Assembly (NCBI GenBank): GCA_965226795.1 | Contig: CBDDDZ010000004.1 | Coordinates: 800,001-864,000, forward strand | From: Candidatus Latescibacterota bacterium | GTDB taxonomy: Bacteria; Latescibacterota; UBA2968; GCA-2709665 | DNA: 64,000 bases | Reading direction: 5' to 3' | In this document: one piece after another, positions 1 through 7,569 of the stretch | Layout of the letters: each line of letters starts with the position of its first letter | How positions within the stretch are numbered: position 1 is the stretch's first letter | Notes under the pieces: generated by a model | The model's database searches: none | The model's input: the letters and a program-made list of their open reading frames with translations, nothing else | What the model was told of the DNA's origin: nothing | Made by a program: the position numbers and the translations under genes

Positions 1-396
1 CGGATCATGCAGCGAACAGGCGGCTGCCAGGACCATATCACGTGCGCTGCCTACAAGATTAATCCTATCATTTGCGGATACGGCGCCATCGCCGGCTTCG
101 GCTGCACGCACGCGAATGACGTCACGGTCGGCCGTAACCAGGTCTCGGTAGAGTGAAAGTTCGTCGGTATCTGCCACGTCGGCGAAGATATCGATGAGTT
201 GTGATACCACGTTAGCGTAATCGCCCAATTGTTGGGTGCGCGGCACGATGATCTCCGGCAATCCGTCCGATACATAAACGTCTGAAGAGTCGCCGTAGCT
301 GTCCGTCCGTGTCCAGCCCGCTGCACGTGCATAGGCCGACAGGGCGGCAGGCGAAATCTCCCTCAAGGGCCCCTTGTCCCGAATGCTGACCCTCAT
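1..396 (-). CDS. 5' part of a paralog of the 378-aa unknown at 4401..5537 (runs off the window edge)
   Basis: Manual translation from ATG at 396 gives MRVSIRDKGPLREISPAALSAYARAAGW...AACSLHDP, open to position 1 and highly similar to 4401..5537. It is absent from the ORF track because there is no stop in the window. Confidence 0.85.
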   Translation of the reverse strand, partial: MRVSIRDKGPLREISPAALSAYARAAGWTRTDSYGDSSDVYVSDGLPEIIVPRTQQLGDYANVVSQLIDIFADVADTDELSLYRDLVTADRDVIRVRAAEAGDGAVSANDRINLVGSARDMVLAAACSLHDP

Positions 397-473
397 TGGA
401 TTCTCCCTTGTTGTGCCTGTTCCATGAGCGAATGCAAATTCTCGACGTCAAAAACGTTTTTCGTCGGTATTCG
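393..473 (-). pseudogene. C-terminal remnant of a DUF4365 gene
   Basis: Near-copy of 5534..5613 (RIPTKNVFDVENLHSLMEQ...RIQ*) with the same ATGA overlap onto the next gene. Confidence 0.8.
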
Positions 474-690
474 GATCTAATTCAACCAAACGCACCACAT
501 CGCTTGCGTAGTGCAGACAGGCCCTGATGTCCTGAGTGCTCAAGCCAGGATAGTTCGCGAGGATATCGGCTTCGCTCCATCCCTGTGCCAACAGGTCGAT
601 GATGAACTCTACCGCCTGCCGGGTTCCACGTACCACCGGCTTGCCGGCCAGCACGTCCGCATCAGCGACGATTCGATCTTGCCAATTCAT
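448..690 (-). CDS. DUF433 family protein (antitoxin-like); C-terminus runs into the DUF4365 remnant
   Basis: WQDRIVADADVLAGKPVVRGTR...LLAQGWSEADILANYPGLSTQDIRACLHYA is the DUF433 signature. Confidence 0.85.
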   Translation of the reverse strand: MNWQDRIVADADVLAGKPVVRGTRQAVEFIIDLLAQGWSEADILANYPGLSTQDIRACLHYASDVVRLVELDPNTDEKRF

Positions 691-846
691 GGTCCAATCC
701 TCCTCTGTCTCTGGAGGCATCGAATCCGGCTGGGTCATCCTCCAAACGCCAGCCGTTGGGGGGTTTGCTTTAATCGCCTCGGGGATTCCGTGTACTTTCT
801 ACATTGCCCCGCTTAAGTATCTCACAGAATCGACGGTCGTTGTAGG

Positions 847-1254
847 TCATCTATGGCCGACAAAGCACTTTGACGGACATTTTTCCTTAAAAGTGGCCGC
901 CAAATCAACTTTCTTCTCTCTACAGCGTTCAACAGCTCGCGAATGGAAACGCATTTCAACGTTCATCTCGGCGTTCAGACGGCAAAGTTGAACAGTTTCG
1001 TCGGCGTATTCGTGGATCAGTACATTGCGGAACGCGATGATGCGTTTAAACTCGCTGATTCGCGCAATCACGGCTTCGTCAACTCTTGCGAGTTTAGTCA
1101 TAGCCTCGCCAATGATCTCAAACTCACGCTCTACTGCCGCTCGCAGCATCGCGTCGCTCTGATAGTCCGCAAACGTCTTATCACGGACGAATTCATTCAG
1201 TGAGCCCGCAGCCTTCCGGATGTCGTACAGATATTTGAGTGCTTCAAGCCGCAT
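847..1254 (-). CDS. HEPN/DUF86 toxin, probably with replaced C-terminus
   Basis: YLYDI...AVEREFEIIGEA...FRNVLIHEY (Rx4H); sequence after HEYAD no longer resembles DUF86. Confidence 0.75.
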   Translation of the reverse strand: MRLEALKYLYDIRKAAGSLNEFVRDKTFADYQSDAMLRAAVEREFEIIGEAMTKLARVDEAVIARISEFKRIIAFRNVLIHEYADETVQLCRLNAEMNVEMRFHSRAVERCREKKVDLAATFKEKCPSKCFVGHR

Positions 1255-1552
1255 AGAGCGGTGTCCTGGTCTCGTCGACGCTTTGTCGGAAGAAAGGGTT
1301 TTTGATGGCCGAGTCGACAACGAGATCCACACGGTGTCCAAAGAGACGTTCGAGGGCTTCCAGCAACCCGAAGAAGGCGTCGGCATACTCTCCGGAGGGC
1401 AACGTTTGGAATTCAACCAGGAAGTCGAGGTCGCTTTCGCCCCTACGGTCGTCGTCCGTGGCAGCCGAGCCAAATAAGTCAAGCCGAAGGACACGGTAAC
1501 GGACGCAGAGCCGCTGCAGTTCGACGACCCGCTCTTTGACAATAGGTATCAT
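1244..1552 (-). CDS. Minimal nucleotidyltransferase (MNT) antitoxin
   Basis: LFGSA...SDLDFLVEF...LFGHRVDLV motifs; overlaps the HEPN gene start. Confidence 0.9.
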   Translation of the reverse strand: MIPIVKERVVELQRLCVRYRVLRLDLFGSAATDDDRRGESDLDFLVEFQTLPSGEYADAFFGLLEALERLFGHRVDLVVDSAIKNPFFRQSVDETRTPLYAA

Positions 1553-1716
1553 CGGACGTTGTCCTGTTTAATCGGACCGCCAGCAGCGACAGTCCATTGG
1601 CCTTCCTCGGCTCGCGATTGGATCCGCTATTCCCCTTACATCTCCGTGATGAATCTGCGCGCTCGGGCTGCTTCATCGGCGGAGCAAATGGCATATCGCC
1701 CGGGAAATCCGGACGC

Positions 1717-2481
1717 TCAAGCCGCCAGTTCTACTCTCGCATCTTCCCTCTGGCTCCACACTACCGGTCTGACGTCGTAGCTCCGTAGCGCGGCCATCAC
1801 GGTCTGATCTACCTTTCGTTCCGAATCATTCAGCAATGCGTACACACGCGATCCCGGCGTGCGGACCTCCTTTGTGTCGATCCACGCGAGTACAACATTC
1901 TGAGCGGTTGAACGACTCGGACGGTTGACTGTTTGTATGAGCCGCTCCGACTGCTTCCGGGACTTCGGAATCACAAAATCAAAGAGATGATCATACCCTG
2001 TCTTTCCTGTAAACTTCACCTTTGGCGTATGGCGAATATCATTTAGATCAAGCCAGGCCTCGACATCTTCATAGAAGATGTTCGCCACCGTGGGTGCCGC
2101 CATGTAAAACATATCGTTGACGGCGAGCATCGCCTGCAAGAGACTGTGTTTGCGCACCGCAAAGTTGTCGGCTGATGCAAGGACCTGTAACTCACGTCCG
2201 TCCTTTTGGACGCCGAAACCATTGAGTGTCATTTGCAGCAGATCTTGACGTTTGGGACTCTCGAGATTGCAACCACTTTGGGAAAGATCCTCAATGGTAT
2301 ATCCGTCATCCGTTAACACGAATCCTCCGTTCGAATCTTTCGCATAGATCTGTAAGTAGTCGTTGTGTCTATCCAGACACGGCGTGGTGATCTCAACCCA
2401 CTGGTCGATCTGGTGCAGGACTGTCTTGTCCTTGAGCCAGGCATAATAATCATCGATGAGAATCTGAATTTCTCTAATCAT
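1717..2481 (-). CDS. DUF1828/DUF1829 domain protein
   Basis: WLKDK...[17 protein letters not shown]...LTDDGYTI; C-terminal [18 protein letters not shown]. Confidence 0.8.
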   Translation of the reverse strand: MIREIQILIDDYYAWLKDKTVLHQIDQWVEITTPCLDRHNDYLQIYAKDSNGGFVLTDDGYTIEDLSQSGCNLESPKRQDLLQMTLNGFGVQKDGRELQVLASADNFAVRKHSLLQAMLAVNDMFYMAAPTVANIFYEDVEAWLDLNDIRHTPKVKFTGKTGYDHLFDFVIPKSRKQSERLIQTVNRPSRSTAQNVVLAWIDTKEVRTPGSRVYALLNDSERKVDQTVMAALRSYDVRPVVWSQREDARVELAA

Positions 2482-2546
2482 GTGAAAAGCTCCCGTACGA
2501 CATTTGGCGGTCGCGTGACGTTGCAGAACTGCAGGAATTCTTCGAA
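2478..2546 (-). pseudogene. C-terminal remnant of the usual upstream partner of DUF1828 genes (DUF6978-like)
   Basis: [22 protein letters not shown] ends in an ATGA overlap with the DUF1828 start; the rest of the gene is missing. Confidence 0.5.
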
Positions 2547-2652
2547 GATTACTGATGAGTGACGGCGCCACACGTTTCGAACAGGGGATAATCCAGATAA
2601 CACCCCAATGCGATGTCTGCACGATGGGGATTGGCGGATGCGCGTACGGATC

Positions 2653-4404
2653 CTACCGATTCCGTATTTTGTACAAAAACTCCTCCAAATCAGTCACGCC
2701 CTGCTTACACTCCTCGGCTGTCGCGCCAAAGATTCCGCTTGTTACGTACGGCGATTCATCTTGCATTGTTGCCAGCGATTCCTCAATCTCGTGAAAAACC
2801 CGGATTCGTTCTCGTCGGTATGCAAAAGCTCCAGGAGGCGCCCAGTATTCCTCCTCCAGAGGTTCTTTGTGAGCGCAGCCAAGCGCAATGAGTATTTCAA
2901 GTTTGTCGAATACTCGTGTGTACCGTTTGTCGTCGGGGATGATACGCTCTGTGTGCGTTCGCAATACGTCGTGAATCCAGTCGTTCAGCGATGGGTAGCG
3001 TTTTTCCATTCCTTCCAATTCCTGCATTACCTGTCCGCCCTCATCAAACAACAAAGACGGTGGAAGTATCCTTACGGCGGCAAGGTCCTCTTCGTGTCGC
3101 CTGTGAATCGTCGTCCCGAAGAGATTTCCAAGAAAGCGAAGGCGACCCGCCTCAACCGCGCCAAGTCCCAGTGCATAGAGCAGAAGTGTTGCCGGATATT
3201 TCTTTAAATCAATCCAAAATACAATTCCCCCGGTCACGTCAATAGAACCAAGACGCTGCAATGACTGTTGCCAAACTTGATCGTGTTCTTCCTCCGCCCA
3301 ACGGCCACCGATCGTCGCCATCGCCATTAACGTCGCACATGCGGCCTCATATTTGCGCACGCGTTTGGTAACTGACTCGCTGTCTAGATATGTGCTACCT
3401 TGCACGTCGAAACCCTCGCCCGACGTTATCTCTACAACCTGCTCAACGGTCTGTTGGATCAGATTTGACAACTGAATCCGGTATCGAGGATCCGGAAGGT
3501 AGCGTTCCAAACTCGCTGCGGCCGCTTCGATGGATAACGGATGTACCTGCGAATACTCCTCGATTGACTCTACATGCTGTTGGACGGACGTGAAGAACGA
3601 ATCCGCGTCATCAATGGGAATCAATTCGGCTCGGCGATGTTCAATCAACCTTCGGGCCTTGTCGCCGGGTTCGCCTCTTGCCGCCCAATAGGTAGTAAAC
3701 CGGTGTGACGAAGCCCGGAACATTGCCTTGCACAACGCTCCGTCCCACTCGGCGGACCAGCCACAGACGATAAGGCCGAACTCGTCGAAAATACGATCGA
3801 GGAGTTTATCGAATTCTTGCGGATACTCATCGAGTTCGTCTGGGGTATTCCTTATGCGGGTATCGAGATAATCGCCATTTACCTTGAATACGCAACACTT
3901 GGTGTGGATCAAGGGACGAGCGCCCTGAACTTGATCCGGGGAACTGAGGATTGTCGGTACGACCCCTGCGTCGTGGAGAGCGGTTTCCACCAGACGGTCG
4001 AAATTCGTGGTGATGATGACCTTGATGAATCCCTTCACGGCCAATCCCGCGATGGCCCGGTGTGCCGCAGTAGGCGCTTTCGCACCTTCCTCACGCTCCT
4101 CGTCAATTGGCTCAAAATACGCCCGTAGCAACCTTTGTCTTTCTGCCTGCGTTTTGGCAATGTCGTTGAGCAGTTCGGAGTACGACGCCTCCTTCCCGAA
4201 TTTCTCCAAATACCAGCGTTCCGGTTCGGAACCGCATTCCTCCCCGTGGACTGCCGCCAACTTGCGAATCAAATCCAGCGTTATCTCCCAACCCGTCGGA
4301 ATCTTCGCCGCCCGGGATACGCCTGATCCCAAAAGAACGGCATACACACCATGGTTGGCTTGAATCGAAAATGCCAGCGAATGGACGGGATCGATTGACC
4401 TCAT
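2653..4404 (-). CDS. SIR2-like (SIR2_2) domain protein, candidate NADase effector
   Basis: LLGSGVSRAAKIPTGW, IITTNFDRLVE, FKVNGDY, LIVCGWS; start coupled by ATGA to the upstream stop. Confidence 0.85.
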   Translation of the reverse strand: MRSIDPVHSLAFSIQANHGVYAVLLGSGVSRAAKIPTGWEITLDLIRKLAAVHGEECGSEPERWYLEKFGKEASYSELLNDIAKTQAERQRLLRAYFEPIDEEREEGAKAPTAAHRAIAGLAVKGFIKVIITTNFDRLVETALHDAGVVPTILSSPDQVQGARPLIHTKCCVFKVNGDYLDTRIRNTPDELDEYPQEFDKLLDRIFDEFGLIVCGWSAEWDGALCKAMFRASSHRFTTYWAARGEPGDKARRLIEHRRAELIPIDDADSFFTSVQQHVESIEEYSQVHPLSIEAAAASLERYLPDPRYRIQLSNLIQQTVEQVVEITSGEGFDVQGSTYLDSESVTKRVRKYEAACATLMAMATIGGRWAEEEHDQVWQQSLQRLGSIDVTGGIVFWIDLKKYPATLLLYALGLGAVEAGRLRFLGNLFGTTIHRRHEEDLAAVRILPPSLLFDEGGQVMQELEGMEKRYPSLNDWIHDVLRTHTERIIPDDKRYTRVFDKLEILIALGCAHKEPLEEEYWAPPGAFAYRRERIRVFHEIEESLATMQDESPYVTSGIFGATAEECKQGVTDLEEFLYKIRNR

Positions 4405-5537
4405 TCTCCCTCTTCCTGCATATCGTCTTGCGGAATGGCGGCAACAACGCGAGCATTCAACAAGTGCCAACGCTGACCAGTTCGCTCAAGGTCGCCTTCT
4501 GCGACGACTAGCGCCTTCTGTTCATGTGCCTCAATCGCACGGCTGTAATCGGATTGACTAAGAACAGATACAACTGACTGCATTCTGTCGTCAATGTATG
4601 TGCGCAATGTGATCGTTCCATCCGTTTCCTCCTCATCCCTCTTTAGCCTTTGAACAAAACCGTATAGTTGCACATCCGGTTGCGGCCAAAGATCACGGAA
4701 CAAGCGTGCGGCCTCACGCAGGATCGGTGCGTCACCCTTGCCAAAGTGAACGACCTCCCGAGCCGTATTCATCGGATGGGTGCGGGCCCAAGTCAAACTG
4801 ACGTCTAGTGCGGCGAATGGTTCGATCAGCCTTACGAGGGCTTCGCAAAGATTGGCGCTTACACCGTTGTCCACGGCCTTGAAGAATGAACCGGGATCAC
4901 CTCCTACCAAGCTTTCTGTAGCGTGTTGGGTAGCTCGCAGAGCAGTAGCCAGACGCCTCGTTATCTTCCGCTCGATTGGGTCGTTGTGTTCCAGGTCCGG
5001 AATAATGGTCTGTTGCATGGGCGGAGAGACAACAGGGGTCAGCAGGGTAACAACAAAGCTGCCCTGCTCGGTCTGCCCCATGCGAATATTGCGCACAAAA
5101 TCCGTAGCCTGTTTGTTGGCGCCGGCGCGGTAAACCGGTCTGGGATCATGCAGCGAACATGCTGCTGACAAAATCATATCGTGTGCGCCGCACACAAGGT
5201 CGATCCCATCGCTTACTGATACTGCGCCATCGTCGCCTTCGGCAGCCCGTACCCGAATGACATCTCGATCGGCCGTAATCAGGTCGCGGTAGAGAGAAAG
5301 TTCGTCGGTACCGGCAGCTTCTGCGAAGATATCGATGAGTTGTGATACGACGTTGGCATAATCACCCAAACGTTGGGTCCGAGGCAAAATGATTTCCGGC
5401 AACCCGTCCGACACATAGACGTCCGAAGAGTCGCCGTAGCTTTCCGTCCGTGTCCAGCCCGTTGCGCGGGCATAGGCTGATAGGGCCGCAGGCGAAATCT
5501 CGCTCAAGGGCCCCTTGTCCCGAATGCTGACCCTCAT
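4401..5537 (-). CDS. Hypothetical protein, 378 aa, coupled to DUF4365 and SIR2 genes
   Basis: Long ORF with ATGA overlaps at both ends; conserved paralog at 1..396. Confidence 0.85.
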   Translation of the reverse strand: MRVSIRDKGPLSEISPAALSAYARATGWTRTESYGDSSDVYVSDGLPEIILPRTQRLGDYANVVSQLIDIFAEAAGTDELSLYRDLITADRDVIRVRAAEGDDGAVSVSDGIDLVCGAHDMILSAACSLHDPRPVYRAGANKQATDFVRNIRMGQTEQGSFVVTLLTPVVSPPMQQTIIPDLEHNDPIERKITRRLATALRATQHATESLVGGDPGSFFKAVDNGVSANLCEALVRLIEPFAALDVSLTWARTHPMNTAREVVHFGKGDAPILREAARLFRDLWPQPDVQLYGFVQRLKRDEEETDGTITLRTYIDDRMQSVVSVLSQSDYSRAIEAHEQKALVVAEGDLERTGQRWHLLNARVVAAIPQDDMQEEGE

Positions 5538-6034
5538 TGGATTCTCCCTTCTCTTGACTGTTCCATGAGCGAATGCAGATTCTCGACGTCAAATACGTTT
5601 TTCGTAGGTATTCGTACGGTGATGATCGATAGATTTTCCGTTTCTTCGTAACCTTTCAGATTCAACCAATATGCCCGGCGCCGCAGTACAAGTTCATCTT
5701 CGGTGATCGTCACCCACTGGTCCTTTTTGCTCGGCAAATCGAGTACCACGAGCAACCTCGGAGTCTGTGTTTCAATGCGTAGCAGATCGTAATTTCTGCG
5801 CTTCAGTGGAAAACGAAAGTACCCATCCTTCGGCACGCCCAGGTTTACCGTCGCCTTCAACTGTAATTCGAGCGCAGCTCGCATCCCGCCACCGGCTTGA
5901 ATCCGAAGATCAACTCCATCACGGTCGAGATCATAGCTGGCTGTTACATAACCTGCCCGTGCCGCCACTGCGCGTGAATAAACAATAGACAGCGCTTCCT
6001 TCTGATCGGTATCTGTCATCAGCGCATCGGTCAT
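5534..6034 (-). CDS. DUF4365 family protein (PD-(D/E)xK nuclease-like)
   Basis: KEALSIVYSRAVAARAG...DRDGVDLRI...LQLKAT...NYDLLR...PRLLVVL. Confidence 0.8.
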   Translation of the reverse strand: MTDALMTDTDQKEALSIVYSRAVAARAGYVTASYDLDRDGVDLRIQAGGGMRAALELQLKATVNLGVPKDGYFRFPLKRRNYDLLRIETQTPRLLVVLDLPSKKDQWVTITEDELVLRRRAYWLNLKGYEETENLSIITVRIPTKNVFDVENLHSLMEQSREGRIQ

Positions 6035-6047
6035 GCAATGGCCTCCA

Positions 6048-7208
6048 TTAGATGAAACCAATACCGACCAACTGAGCGATATTTTCACCTTCGAACCGCT
6101 TCACTTCACCATCAAATACCTTCACGTGTGGCAGCCGAAACAAGGCATCAGGAAATACCGTATGGGTATTCTTGGGATTGAGATAGAGACTTGCGGAAGC
6201 ATTGTAAATATTCCACATGTCGACCTTCTGAATACTCAAGAATGCATCCATTTGGCTACCACGACCGCGGGACCAGACACCATTCGGCTCACGTCCTGGC
6301 CTCGGCGTTGCGTCAAGGTTGTCTTTAGAATAGAAGAGCTGTTCATTCCCGAACAGCACTTCTAAATCGTGCTGCCGGGCGTTGTAGAACATGTCACGGG
6401 TATTCACTGCCAACACGAACGGTGCATCAAGGTTGTGATATTTTCGCTGTTTTTCTCTTAACGCGTTCCATACGGGAGTCGCACAATCAGTGAATGCACC
6501 AAAGTGATGCCCCATGACGAGTTGCCGGTTCGAATCATTCCTTTGTTTTTCAGGTGAAATCGGCCAAAGCCAGCCCTTAAGTGTCCAGTTTCCACACTCG
6601 ATTCTTTGAGAAGGGGCTGCGTTACTCCCATGCTTATCGATCTCACACTGGACGCCATTGGGGTCGTGAGACTCAAGCAATTCCTTGAAAGGACGTACCA
6701 CATTCTCACGACTCAACGTCCGCGACAACGTTCCCTCCATATCCACGGTAATTCCGAATTTCGAATGTGTCAACGAATTGAGCTTATCTATAACGTCTTC
6801 CTCATTTCGGTTACGAGTAAAAGGCCCCGATCTTTGTCCTGACACTGTAGCTTCGAGGTAGAATTGTAGATTGTCACGAGATACAAGAAAATCCGGCCGA
6901 GCCCTTGCGCCTACAATCGCCGGATGTACCTCCAATGAAAATTCCAAGCGAGTCAGAAATTCGTGCAGGAAAAGTTCGAAAAACGCTCCTTCGTGATTCT
7001 GGTCATCGTCTGACCGAAGTCTCTCTCGCAGATCTCGGCGATGTGGAAGAGGGTAATTTTCGAACCACGACTCAAGGGTATTCCGGATGTACGTTGCTCC
7101 GGGCCAATCATAATGGTTAATGTGTCGAAAGATCGATTCAGACGGGGAATCACTCTTCAACTCATTCCGTTTAATGTCATCAAAAAGCACTGTCGGTTCG
7201 GTTGTCAT
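6048..7208 (-). CDS. Hypothetical protein with PD-(D/E)xK-like motif
   Basis: 386-aa ORF; AFFELFLHEFL...RPDFLVSRDNLQFYLEAT. Confidence 0.65.
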   Translation of the reverse strand: MTTEPTVLFDDIKRNELKSDSPSESIFRHINHYDWPGATYIRNTLESWFENYPLPHRRDLRERLRSDDDQNHEGAFFELFLHEFLTRLEFSLEVHPAIVGARARPDFLVSRDNLQFYLEATVSGQRSGPFTRNRNEEDVIDKLNSLTHSKFGITVDMEGTLSRTLSRENVVRPFKELLESHDPNGVQCEIDKHGSNAAPSQRIECGNWTLKGWLWPISPEKQRNDSNRQLVMGHHFGAFTDCATPVWNALREKQRKYHNLDAPFVLAVNTRDMFYNARQHDLEVLFGNEQLFYSKDNLDATPRPGREPNGVWSRGRGSQMDAFLSIQKVDMWNIYNASASLYLNPKNTHTVFPDALFRLPHVKVFDGEVKRFEGENIAQLVGIGFI

Positions 7209-7569
7209 CGCATGGCTTTTCTGGACTTGACTGCAGCAAAATATGCGGAGATTGCGACGGCAGCATATTGCTTAGGTTCGGAAAAACGGCATCCGTACCC
7301 AATCGTTTTTCTCCGCACCGTAGCCGTTGCTATTTGCGTGCTTCACGGGTTCAGTCCCGATTTTAGTGCATACGTCGGCGAACGTATCCCCTGTCCGATC
7401 AAAGAATCCTTGTGCAATTATAAAATATCCAGTGTGCGGTATTTTCGAATGACCGCCCGAAGAATGTGCGATCAACAATCTATGATGTTCGATTTATTAT
7501 ACTCTGCATTCTAAAGCCGGTCAAGGCACGGCATTTCATTTCCGCCAGGTAATAAGTTTCACCCCAATG

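Noticed and set aside
7209..7569. Small ORFs between the nuclease-like gene and the MmeI gene
   Set aside because: Short, with no RBS or motif support
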